A program made the position numbers and the translations under genes. Below, one piece after another: positions 24,677 to 35,740 of a DNA stretch of 64,000 nt (position 1 is its first letter; each line of letters begins with the position of its first letter). Below the pieces are notes generated by a model. It made no database searches. It was not told the DNA's origin and saw only the letters and a program-made list of their open reading frames with translations. The DNA lies in contig NC_083231.1 in the NCBI RefSeq assembly GCF_032191835.1, forward strand, positions 72,168,001-72,232,000. The letters are read 5' to 3'. This stretch comes from Heteronotia binoei (Eukaryota).

Positions 24677-25255
24677 CAGGAGTGTCAAACATGCGGACTG
24701 AGGACCAAATCAGGCCCCAAGAGGGCTCTTTTCAGGCCCCCAAGCAACTGGCCATCATCTGCTTCCTTCTCCCTCTCTCTTGCTTCCTTCTGAATCACAG
24801 CTTGCTTTTCCAGGCTTGCTCAATTGCACAGGAGGTATAAAGCCTCTATTTTCTCCATTGGCTGAGACTCCTTCCTTGGGGACAAAGCAGGGGAGGAAGA
24901 GCTTGCTTCAAAGGAAACTCTGACTCTTTCCTTCCTTCCCCAGGGGACCAGGTTGGGGAAAAGCCTCACCCAATAGAAGGAAGAGAGGCTTGGCTCAGTA
25001 GCTCTGCTGTGCAACTGAGAGACCCTGGATTGCATGGGATAGATACAAAGAAAGCACCTTTAAGACCAACAAGTGCTAACATTTTAAGCATGTTTTATTT
25101 TAAGTTTTAAAAATATCTTTGTGTTTGTCTGTGTCCTTTATAAAGTTTATATCTCTGCTACCTGGCATTACATTTTATGACACTCATGGCCCGGCCCAGC
25201 AAGATTTCATTTATGTAAGATTCAGACCTCAGAACAAATGAGTTTGACACTCCTG
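24677..25255. mobile_element. Non-autonomous hAT (Charlie-like) element, 579 bp
   Basis: Perfect 14-bp TIR caggagtgtcaaac / gtttgacactcctg; 8-bp flanks tcacagat / ccatagat (6/8). Confidence 0.85.
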
Positions 25256-25954
25256 CCATAGATAGAACAGATTTACTAAATTCAAGCATGTGCATTGCAT
25301 TTGTTATCCAAGTTAGGATACTCACTAAAAGGCAATGCACTCCAGTCAACAGAGTGCACCGTCAACAAGATGATCAGAAACCTGAAATCTACAAAGAAAT
25401 TCAGGTGGGGCCATTTCCATAAATATACTTAGTGAAATGTCAGTTTAATTGTGGATTGTTGCCCATTTAGAAAGGAACGCTTAATTGAGCATAGTTTTAT
25501 AGTCATGATGGGGATACAATGTATTATTTATTGTGCATTTTAATTTCAATATATTACAGATACGCATTTTTGAAATTCTTGGCTCCTACAATTTTACCAC
25601 AGCATCAATCCAATTCTATAGATCACTGTTAAGAAGTCCAGGCTCCATTTTCTCTTTAGTTAATAAACAGTAATCAGGCTTATGTCATCAAGAAAAAGGA
25701 TGCCTAGTTTAAAAAAATAGGAATATTTAGGTATTAAAATAGTCATTCATGTCCACATAGGTTTTATTCTGAAAACCACATGAGAATACTGGCAGAAAAT
25801 TCCTCTCTGCATTCCATTGGTTTGCTCTTAAGACAACTTGCAAACTCAGTTGGAATAGGATGCCAGGGCCTGGCTACTATTTGTCACTAAGTGAAATCTT
25901 CAAATCATTCCAGTTCTGCAGATGACATACTGTTTACCAATCAGTTACCAGGCT

Positions 25955-26150
25955 CAGTTCAAGTCTTTAGCTATCACCTACAAAATCCTTAATGTCACTG
26001 GACCTGCATGCTTGCAGGACTGCCTCTCTTAATATGTTCAACCATGATAGCTGATCAAAGCTTTCTGAAGGTGCCACCTTGCAAACAAGTGTTACTGGCA
26101 ACTGCCTGCTTGCACACATTCCTACAGAATTGAATGGCCTGCCTAAGGCT
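25955..26150 (+). mobile_element. Old L2 3' ORF remnant
   Basis: Translates as QFKSLAITYKILNVTGPACLQDCLS, similar to RYKVLFITFKALYGLGPAYLRDHL in the L2 at 57.4 kb. Confidence 0.5.
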
Positions 26151-26286
26151 GTCAAGAAGGCACCCGCACTTCTGTCATTTTCCAGAATATGCAAAACAGA
26201 AATGCTCTGAAGGACATTCTTAGCAAGAAACAATAGCAGTATAATGGATCAACTCAATAGGTAACTTCTATAAGGAATAAGTCCTG

Positions 26287-26475
26287 ACCTGAATAGCCCA
26301 GGCTAGCCTTATCTGATCAGCTCTCAAAAACTAAGCAGGGTTGGCCCTGGTTAGGATTTGGGAAGGATACAATCAAGGAAATTTAGGATTTCTATGCAAA
26401 GGCAGGCAATGGCAAACAACATCTGAACATCTCTTGCCTTGAAAATCCCATGGAGTCACCATAAATCAGATGACA
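26287..26475 (+). mobile_element. 5S rRNA-derived SINE with RTE/BovB-like tail
   Basis: ctaagcagggttggccctggttag versus 5S CTAAGCAGGGTCGGGCCTGGTTAG; tail ggcaatggcaaac..catctcttgccttgaaaatcccatggagtcaccataaatcag. Confidence 0.7.
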
Positions 26476-26566
26476 ATTCTTCAATCCACATACCTGTTGT
26501 ATTATTTTGGTTACATATCTTGCTGTTGGATTGAATTGTTTTATCATATTTTGTACTCTGCTCTGT

Positions 26567-26780
26567 ACTTGGACTCAAAGAGGATAACAAATAAAGGAAC
26601 CATTCAATTAGTGAATTAAGAAGAAATACTATTCTCAAACCTGATACCTACCCAGCCTGATACCTACTCTTTATTCTGTTTTACTAGTTATTACTGCTGT
26701 TAGATTCAAAAGTTTTTATCATACTTCTTAATTCACTAATTGAATGGTTCCTTTATTTGTTATCCTCTTTGAGTCCAAGT
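26567..26780. repeat. Perfect 57-bp inverted repeat with 100-bp spacer
   Basis: 26567-26623 is the exact reverse complement of 26724-26780. Confidence 0.95.
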
Positions 26781-26939
26781 GAGAAGGGCAGACTACAAAT
26801 TAAACTAATAACTGTAATTATTTCAAGTGAGGGCCTTGTGAGGACTTCCAGGGACATCTCATTATCCCCTTTCCTTTTCCTGAAAGCCACCATAGCCGCA
26901 CCCATTTCCTTCTTCCATCTGTCCTTTCAACGCACCAGA

Positions 26940-27315
26940 AAACTGAAGAAGAAGAGTAGATTGGATTTATACCCCACCCTTCACTAAGAGCCCCATGGCG
27001 TAGAGTGGTAAAGCTGCAGTACTGCAGTCCAAAGCTCTGCTCATGACCTGAGTTTGATCCCGGTGGAAGCTGGGTTCAGGTAGCTGGCTTGAGGTTGACT
27101 CAGCCTTCCATCCCTTCCTTTCCCCACAACAGACACTATGTGAGGTGGGTGGGGCTGAGAGGGCTCTCAGATAACTGCTCTTGAGATAACAGCTCTGCAA
27201 GAACTGTGTTTGACCCAAGGTCAGCTACCAGGTGCATGTGGAGGAGTGAGGAAGCAAACCCAGATCTCCCATATTAGAGTCTGCACAGTTAACCACTACA
27301 TCAAACTGGCACTCT
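26940..27315. mobile_element. Composite: Squam3-like SINE (minus) interrupted by the 5' half of a Squam2-type SINE (plus, ~26987-27118)
   Basis: Squam3 tail, then Squam2 head up to ccttccatcccttcc, then the Squam3 body resumes. Confidence 0.75.
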
Positions 27316-27463
27316 GTGCACTTAACCACTACACTGGGGTTTCTACTTCTATCTGCCCCACATCTTCAAATTTCCCTTCCTCCCTCTCTTGGCATCACTG
27401 AGAAAACTCTGCTCAGTATTCACTTATTTCAGTAACTAGCAGTAAAGTCAGTTGTAGGAAGCC

Positions 27464-27599
27464 NNNNNNNNNNNNNNNNNNNNNNNNNNNNNNNNNNNNN
27501 NNNNNNNNNNNNNNNNNNNNNNNNNNNNNNNNNNNNNNNNNNNNNNNNNNNNNNNNNNNNNNNNNNNNNNNNNNNNNNNNNNNNNNNNNNNNNNNNNNN
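27464..27599. other. Assembly gap (136 N)
   Basis: Run of N. Confidence 1.
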
Positions 27600-27966
27600 G
27601 ATGGACCTCTGCTCCATATTTTTATCTAACCCCCTCTTGAAGCTGACTATGCTTGTAGCTGCCACCCCTCCTATGGCAGAGAATTCTACATGTTAATCAC
27701 CCTTTGGGTGAAGAAGTACCTCCTTTTATCTATTCTAACCCGACTGCTCAGCAATTTCATAGAATGCCCACGAGTTCTTGTATTGTGAGAAAGGGAGGAA
27801 AGTACTTCTTTCTCTACCTTCTCCATCCCATGCATAATCTTGTAAACTTCTATCATGTCACCCCGCAGTCGACATTTCTCCAAGCTAAAGAACCCCAAGT
27901 GTTTTAACCTTTCTTCATAGGGAAAGTGTTCCAAACCTGTAATCATTCTAGTTGCACTTTTCTGCA
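27600..27966 (-). mobile_element. CR1 3' fragment next to the gap
   Basis: QKSATRMITGLEHFPYEERLKHLGFFSLEKCRLRGDMIEVYKIMHG; close relative of the 15.7-16.1 kb sequence. Confidence 0.9.
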
Positions 27967-28229
27967 TGTGATGAATGTGTAGGTGGCAGGAAGGAAGGAG
28001 AAATGAAAAAAAGAGAGAGAGACAGAGAAAGAACAGTAGAAAAAAATATGGAGAGAAAAGAGTAAGAGTAAAAGAAATGGAAGAAAGGAAGGAAGGTAGA
28101 CAGACAGAAGCTGAAATCACACATGTTAAATAATGCAGTTTCAATCCAGTTTCAAAGCACTTTCCATCTGGATTTTGCCAGTTCATACAGTAAAATCCAG
28201 TTGGAAAGTGATTGGAAGTGGATTGAAAG

Positions 28230-28905
28230 TAGGGTTGCAAATCCCCAGTTGGGGGCAGGGGATTCTCCTGTTTGGAGGCCCTCCTCCCACTTCAGGGTCA
28301 TCAGAAGGCCAGTCAGGGGAGGAAATGTTTGCTGGGCACTCCATTATTCCCTATGGAGACTGATTCCCATAGAGTATAATGGAGAATAATCCATGGGTAT
28401 CTGGAGCTCTATGGGATTTGTTTGTTGAGGTAGAAGCATCAAATTTACAGCTCACCATCCAGTGCCTCTCCTCAAAACATCCTTCAAGTTTCAAAAAGAG
28501 TGGGCCAAAGAGTCCACTTCTATGAGCCTAAAAAGAAGGTGCCCCATTCTTCATTATTTCCAATGGAGAGAAAGCATTTAAAAGGTGTGCAGTCCTTTTA
28601 AATGTGATGTCCAAACTCCCTTTGGAGTTCAATTATGCTTGTCACAACATTGCTCCTGGCTCTACCCCCAAAGTCCCCAGATATTTTATTTATTTGTTTA
28701 CTTGCTTTAATTGATATGCTGCCCACTCCGCGAGCGGACTCTGGGTGGCTAACAGTCATAATAAAACAATGTAAATACAATTATAAAAGAATAAAACACA
28801 TATAAACAATTTAAAGCTACATTATTAGGTGCTATAAAAAGATTTCATAACAAAGGCGGCTTCTCCAATCTCAATTCTCTTGAATCTCAGTTCTCTTGAA
28901 CCTTA
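28230..28905. mobile_element. Non-autonomous hAT element (inverted relative of 59075) containing an L2-tail insertion (~28685-28860)
   Basis: Left end tagggttgcaa, decayed right end gaacctta; perfect TSD attgaaag (28222-28229, 28906-28913). Confidence 0.8.
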
Positions 28906-30688
28906 ATTGAAAGTGTATCATTTAGTGTATGTAATCGCAGCCAGGATGAAATAAAAAGACAGAAAGATAAAGAAACAGAGAAAGAATGAGAGAAAGAACA
29001 GAAGGAAGGTAGGAAAAAGGGGGAGGGAGGAGTGAGAGAAAGAAAAATGAGAAGGAAGATAGAATGAAAGAAAAAGACAAAGACCCTTTCTCCATTTAGC
29101 TTTGCTCCAGATCTAGGAGCACTGAATCTGCCTGCTACAAACTCACATCATTCAAAATGCTTCCACCTTTTGCGGAGTTTTACATCTACATTTACAAAAG
29201 AAGGAAGAAAGTCTGCAGGCCCTTGCCCCTCCCAGAGACTGGAGGTTCAATTCAGCTGTCTCTCAAGATTGCCCAGTCATAAGTGTGGGGACAGGGTGGG
29301 GGGGGAGGTTGAAACCCCAATCAATGCACTGCTGTCACACACACACTTCCAACCACCCAAAATGGGTTTTGATTGGATCTGGTTGGAACTGGGCTTTTAT
29401 TCCAGGAGGGGGGAGGAGAAGTGGGCAGAGCCACCAGCAACAATTTGGAGCAGGGGAGAGATGCCACCTCTGGCAAAGACCCCTGCCCCCTGCACAGCAG
29501 TACGCACATTGTTGCCATACATCACCTCTTTCTCCTTGCAAGGGAAACCGAGCTCAGAGGAGAAGAAGGCACCCTGCTCAGCTGCTCTCACAAGGCGAGA
29601 GCATTTGGGCAAGCCGGGTGCACTCTTCTCTTCTAAACTTGGAGAAGAACATGTCCTGCTCGATTGCTCTCGCTTTCAAGGTGAGAGCGGCCAGGTGGAG
29701 TGCATTCTCCTCTGAGCCCAGCTTCCCTTGTGAAGGAAGCCAGGCTCAATGGAGAGTGCCGCTAACATGCCATCCAACCACCGTCAGCCAAGAGTGTTGG
29801 GGAGGGGGCCCCCCATAGGCAAGGTGGCACCCCAGGCTGCCACCAACCTCATCTAGTCCCAAGAGCCAGCCATGGGACCTGTCACCCCAGGCTAGGACCC
29901 CCACCTTTCATGGTGGTGCACACATTGCTGCCACGCACCACCTCTTTTGCCTGCCCAGGACCCAGGCAGGTGAAAGGGGTGGAGGGGCATCTCTCCGCCA
30001 CTTGAAGGCTGCATTCGTTTGCAAAGGAAGTGTAATGTACTGAGTGACGAGACGTGTTGAAGGCAACATACTTTATTGGTGAGTACATCACAAGGGCAGG
30101 ACACGCGGGCCGGGTCCCAATTATATACATCTCCCGGAACAACCCTCCGTCTGGTCAGGTCCAATCCTGGCCAGTTAAACTTCCCGCCACAGATCTTGAT
30201 TGGCAGAGTGTATTAGCGAGCTACCTCCGGGGACCCATGGGCTTCCACTGGTCACCTCTGTAGCGTTCGCTGTGTTGTAACATTAAGACTGAAATGCAAA
30301 ACATAACACTCCTCCCCCCCTAGTTCAGGACACAAAGTCTTTCAAGTAGGCTGGCACCCTGCATTCCCTGGTCGACCTCCTCGGGGTTATTTGGGGAGTT
30401 GGAGCGGCCGCCGTGGCTGGCAGGGTGGCTGGTTCCTCGAGTTGGGGTGATGCCAGAAGAGGACTGTCCGCCGCTTGTTGCTCTTCCAGAATCCCCCCTC
30501 TGGGGGGGTCGCTCCCACCGCTGTGGTGCTCTTCCGCCTGTATAGTCGGTGCAGCCGGCATGGGCTGGGTAGCTTCCAGGGGTGTTGCTGTCAGTTCTCC
30601 CCCGAATTCTGTTGGTTCCTCTGACAAAGTGTGGCGGCGCAGCTGGTTGATATGCCTCCTTAGGATCTGGCCCCCCTCCAATGAGACC

Positions 30689-31604
30689 TCATAGGAGCAG
30701 GACCCGGGCGGCTAACCACTCCAGGCCGCTTGCAAAGTTCTTAGCGTACACCGGATTCCCAGGAAAGAACCCCCTAGCGGATTCCCTGGTTTCGGGGGAA
30801 CTGCAGAGATCCGTGGCTCGGTCAGGATGAAACCTGTCTAGCCTCGTGATCAACTTCCTCCCCATTAGTAACTCAGCAGGGCTTAACCCGGTGACGGGGT
30901 TGGGGGTGATTCTGTTATTGAATAGAAAGGCCGCCAGGCGGTGGTCCCAATCTCCCTGTACAATGCGCCCCAGGGCCTCTTTAATGGTGCGCACCATGCG
31001 CTCTGCTTGGCCGTTGGTGGCTGGATGGAAGGGGGCGGACCGAATGTGCTGTATGAGGTATCTATTCAAGAACTTCTGGAATTCCCGGGAGGTGAAAGCG
31101 GTCCCATTGTCCGTGACGAGGGTATCGGGAATCCCATGTGTGCAAAAGACCCTACGCAAGGCTCTGACTGCCGCCGCAGTGGAGGTTGAAGCTACGAGAA
31201 TAACTTCCAACCACTTGATGCATGCATCTACAAGAATAAAGAATATTTGGCCCTGGTATGGCCCCGCAAAGTCTAGGTGTAACCGGGACAATGGCCTCCT
31301 ATTGAACTCCCAGCGGTGTACAGGGGCACTGGGCGGATCAGGCTGGGACTCTTGGCAGGCACCTTCAAATCCACCCTTCAATCTCTTCGACCATTCCCGG
31401 CCACTATACATAGCTGCATGCCAGGGCCTTCATCCGCACCATTCCCGGATGTGTTTTGTGTAGGGCTTCCAGCACTTGTTTCCGCAATGGGTGGGGGGGA
31501 CCACCACCCTGCTTCCCCAGAGAAGGCACCCCTTGTGCATGGACAGTTCTTCTCTGCATAATGCGTATGCCCTGAATTCTGTGTCTTGTTTGCCGGCGGG
31601 CCAT
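30689..31604 (-). pseudogene. Gypsy integrase remnant (HHCC and DDE core)
   Basis: LHKTHPGMVRMKALA; LHLDFAGP, VTDNGTAFTS, APFHPATNGQAERMV; frameshifted. Confidence 0.9.
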
Positions 31605-31734
31605 CCCCTTTCCACCCAGTCTAAAACACGAGCGAGGATACGGTCTCTACCCGTGGCCTTAGCTACCTCGGCAACATGGAGGGGCCTCTCCGGTAGAGTC
31701 TCTATAAGCATCACATGGTGGGCCAGGGCCAGGT

Positions 31735-32127
31735 CTATAGAGGGCAGCGGCAGGCAGCTGAGGGCGTCAGCGTGTTCCATAGCTTTGCCCAGGCGGTGGA
31801 CCAGGGCATATGTGTATGAAGTGAGGAACTGGTTCCACCGCAGGACGTGCTGTGACAGAATTTGCGGCATCTGGCGGTCTGGGGCGAGGGGGCCCAGTAG
31901 CGGCTTATGGTCCGTGCGATCATGAAACGCCTACCGTACAGGTAGTCGTTGAATTTATACACACCCGCCACTATTGCCAAGGCCTCCTTTTCTATCGGGG
32001 CGTAATTGTGCTTGGCAGGGGTCAGGGTCCTCGAATAATAGGCCACGGGAACCTCCCTCCCATTCAGGAGTTGGTGCCCCAGGATGGCGCCCACCCCGTA
32101 CAGGGAAGCATTGCAAGCCAGAATCAC
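31735..32127 (-). pseudogene. Gypsy RNase H remnant
   Basis: ILACNASLYGVGAIL..PVAYYSRTLTPAKHNYAPIEKEALAIV. Confidence 0.9.
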
Positions 32128-32172
32128 TGGTAAGGATGGCAGGATGGCTGGTTCCTCGAGTTGGGGTGATGC

Positions 32173-32885
32173 TGGTGATGATTGGTTGCTCTCGGCCCCA
32201 TTCCTGGTTGGCGACGGAGCTGGTGTGCCTCCTCCTCCTCTAGGTTGCCCGGCGCCATCTCCTCTTGGTGGGTGGCTTCTGCTCGCGGGTAGTGGAAAGC
32301 TTTGGTGGCTCTCTCGAATGCGGTGGCTTCGTTGAAAGCAAGTTGGAGGGTGAGCTCCTCCTTTGTGAAGAGCTTTTGCTGCAGTCTTTCATCTCGGAGG
32401 CTCCAGACGAATCGATCCCTCAGGGCTTCATCCAGCTTGTCGAAGCTGCAGTACCCCACAAGTTGGCAGAGGGCGGCCAAGTAGACTGCGGCCATCTCTC
32501 CCACCCCTTGATCCCTCTTGTAGAAGAGAAATTGGTGGGCGATGATGGATGGCTGGGGCAAGAAGTGCCTGGTCAGGAGTCTGACTATCTCCTTGTGCGT
32601 TTTCTCCGTGATCTTCGCAGGGGCTGAGAGACCCTTTGCAATCTCGAATGTGGCCTACCCGCAGACCCTCAGGAGCACATCTCTCTTACGGCTGTCATCC
32701 GTGATCATGTTTGCTCGTAGGTAGCAGTTGACCCCCTCCGTGTAGTTCTCCCACCTATCGGGGTTGGTGGGGTCGAACTCTGTAAGGTGGCCCATCGTCA
32801 CACTCGGGTTAGCCATGGCAGCGGTGGCAGCGGGCACTTCAGTCTCCCTAGACTGCGTGCCTTTCTCATCTCCGGCCAGGTCCAC
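32173..32885 (-). pseudogene. Gypsy gag remnant
   Basis: LTEFDPTNPDRWENYTE..RDVLLRVCG; FYKRDQGVGE..LRDRFVWSLRDERLQQKL; frameshifted. Confidence 0.8.
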
Positions 32886-32916
32886 GAAGTCCCGCTTGGG
32901 GACTTACCTGGCTAGG

Positions 32917-32934
32917 ATCCCGTCCTCGTTGCCA
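32917..32934 (-). promoter_or_regulatory. Primer-binding site, probably tRNA-Ser(GCT)
   Basis: TGGCAACGAGGACGGGAT, 1 nt inside the 5' LTR; 16/18 match to the complement of the vertebrate tRNA-Ser(GCT) 3' end as recalled (TGGCGACGAGGATGGGAT). Confidence 0.7.
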
Positions 32935-34959
32935 CTGTAATGTACTGAGTGATGAGGCATGTTGAAGGCAACATTATTGGTGAGTACATCACAAGGACAG
33001 GACACGTGGGCTGGGTCCTGATTATATACATCCCCCGGAACAACCCTCCGTCTGGCCAGGTCCAATCCAGGCCAGTTAAACTTCCCACCACAGATCTTGA
33101 TTGGCGGAGTGTATTAGCGAGCTACCTCCGGGGACCCGTGGGCTTCCACTGGTCGCCTCTGTAGTGTTCGCTGTGTTGTAACATTAAGACTGAAATGCAA
33201 GACATAACAGGAAGGCAGCCTCTGAGCAGTGCACATGTCACCACCACCTCTCTTGCCTGCCTGGATGCAGGCAGGCCCAGTGCTAGGGCCTTGGGCACCC
33301 CAGGTTAGCACCTGCCCTGTGCCCCCCCCCATCCCTGCCTTGCTGCCACACTCCCGTCCACAGGGAGAGCAGATGATGCAGCATGGAAGGAAGGCTCGGC
33401 AGCCTCTGGCTGCGCCAGGCCTGTGCAGTGCGCTCTTGGAGGTGTGGAGTTAGGTTATATATTGGGTGTGTGTGACTGGCCCCAAAGTCACCCAGTGTGA
33501 CTCTATGGCAGAGAGGGAATTGAAACCTGAGCCTCCTCACACAGCTCCTAGCCTGAAACAGTAATGACTAAACCACAGTGACTTTCATGGGGTGGCTGTT
33601 GTTGAACAGTAGGGAGCAGCCAGGTCTGGATGAGTCATGGAAGTCATGTTGCTCCAAGCAAGTCATCCAGTGGCAGTTGCTGTCCTCCATGATTCTCCTT
33701 CAAAGGTCAAAACAGCATTGTAAAGGTCCTCTTACTTCCCCCCCCAGACAGAATCCCTATCTTAAAGTCTCATAATAATACTGTTGTAGCTGCCTAGAAG
33801 CCATACTTAGAACATTTGTTTCTTAAAGCTACAGGTGTTGCTTCTATTTATTTGATCTGTATTTTTAACCCCTCAGGTTTGTTTTTTAGATTTCAGATTT
33901 TTTTTTCCACAAAACTTGTGCATTTTTTCAGTTTTGTAGAAAAATCTCTCTATGGCTTCAGACTGTAGATTTAAATATCCACAGATTTGGTCACCTTGAT
34001 AATTGGATATATTGATAACAATGTGGTTTAAAGTCTTGTAGACATAGGAAGGGGAAAATGATGTTAGCTGTGGACAAAATAGTACAAGTAACAGGGCACT
34101 AAGAACTAAATGTCCATGAAAAGGAAAGGGAGAGTTTATTAAAAATAGTGAAGAGCAAATGAAAACCGAGAACTTGGTTGACTTTAATGCCATGTCTATA
34201 TCTTTGTCAATGATGCAGATCTTTAGCTGTAAAGAATATGACTGTTTGACAGATACATTTCTTTGTGGATCTTTATTAAAATAAAGTTTAATGCATTACA
34301 TGCTGTTATCCATAGAAACGAGCATCAAAAAAGGGAGTGGGAAGTTAATTATGGTTTCACTGTTAAAAAAAGGATGCGTTTTCAAATCACATTTGCCCCA
34401 AATTATATTGTGTTCTCAGATGTTTGAGGAAAGGTTATAAACTTTCTGAATTGCATTTCTTTGGGGGAAATCAAGCAGAAGACAAAAGAAATTGGCTGTA
34501 GATTAATATTTGCATTAATACAACTAAAAGAAAAAATGAACAAATGCACCATAGTCAATGGGCCAAATCTTGCATTCTTATATCAGACAATTTTCTACTG
34601 AGCATAATTTGCCTTCAAATACTCCTAGTTTGGGCCCTATGTTTGTATTCATTATGTGAAATAAACTGACATAAGTTAATTAAATTTTGCAAGCTATTTG
34701 CTTGATAAAAATATCTGTATCTCTTAAGAGAGAGGCATTAAGAGGACTAGGCTGCTTCCATTGCTTTTACAGCTGTATGTGTTTTGGTCTATGAGTGATT
34801 GACTAGTATTCAAACACTTTTTTTTTTTTTTGAAATTATAAGAATCTAGGGCAGAAAAAGCTAATTCTGAAAAGAGACAAAAATAGTTCCACTTGCACAA
34901 GACCTTGTGTAATACCTAGCCCTTTATTCCATGGTTATACCATGGGTTCACATCTATTC

Positions 34960-35130
34960 ATTATTATTTATTACATTAAACTTCTATCCCGCCCTCTCCG
35001 CAAGCGGACTCAGAGCAGCTTACAACATCCAATTACACAAATTAAGAACGATAAGTCAATAAAATCTATAAAACATTAATACAATTAAAAAAAATTAAAA
35101 AACTATTTCATGGTGCTGTATCATTACTAT
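34960..35130 (-). mobile_element. Short L2 3' tail fragment
   Basis: ttctatcccgccctctccgcaagcggactcagagcagcttacaac motif preceded by tta repeats. Confidence 0.6.
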
Positions 35131-35457
35131 ATTGGCAGTTCTCCTTTTCAGATGGTGATCACCGAGTACTCTACTGATGTCAGGTGGCAGCTCTCTCTCG
35201 GTTTAAGCTTCTCCATGAAGTTATAGACACGACCATGTAGACAGGATACATTTGGCCATTGGGAAAGGGTTTTTTGCATAATAAACATGAGGATAGTATA
35301 TAACTAAAATATGATGAGCTGTTTCATGAAACAGTAGTGAGATTTCTCTTAAGCAGGGGTCATTTTGTAGAAAAGGAGGTGCTGGAACTCATTATCATAA
35401 CTCATTTGCATATGTCACACATCCTTGACATCACCAGAAGGTGTACTAAATTATATC

Positions 35458-35740
35458 AGCTCAGTTTGGTGTAGTGGTTAAGTGTGCGGACTCTTATCTG
35501 GGAGAACCGGGTTTGATTCCCCACTCCTCCACTTGCACCTGCTAGCATGGCCTTGGGTCAGCCATAGCTCTGGCAGAGGTTGTCCTTGAAAGGGCAGCTG
35601 CTGTGAGAGCCCTCTCCAGCCCCACCCACCTCACAGGGTGTCTGTTGTGGGGGAGGAAGGTAAAGGAGATTGTGAGCCGCTCTGAGACTCTTCGGAGCGG
35701 AGGGCGGGATATAAATCCAATATCATCATCATCATCATTA
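35458..35740 (+). mobile_element. Squam3-like SINE with (CAT)n tail
   Basis: Nearly identical to 14095-14383 but ends in atcatcatcatc. Confidence 0.9.

Larger units (their letters stand above)
30031..33209 (-). mobile_element. Gypsy/Ty3 LTR retrotransposon with two LTRs, internally deleted (no protease or RT)
   Basis: LTRs 30031-30308 and 32936-33209 with TG..CA ends; 5-bp TSD ggaag; PPT at 30309-30320; PBS at 32917-32934; gag, RNase H and integrase remnants. Confidence 0.95.

Noticed and set aside
26287-26475. Functional 5S rRNA genes (also 18745-18914)
   Set aside because: Partial, diverged, lacking the 5S 5' end and T-run terminator, and continuing into a SINE body.
27429-27665. ORFs containing X runs (also 52768-53206)
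   Set aside because: They span assembly gaps and are artefacts of translating through N.
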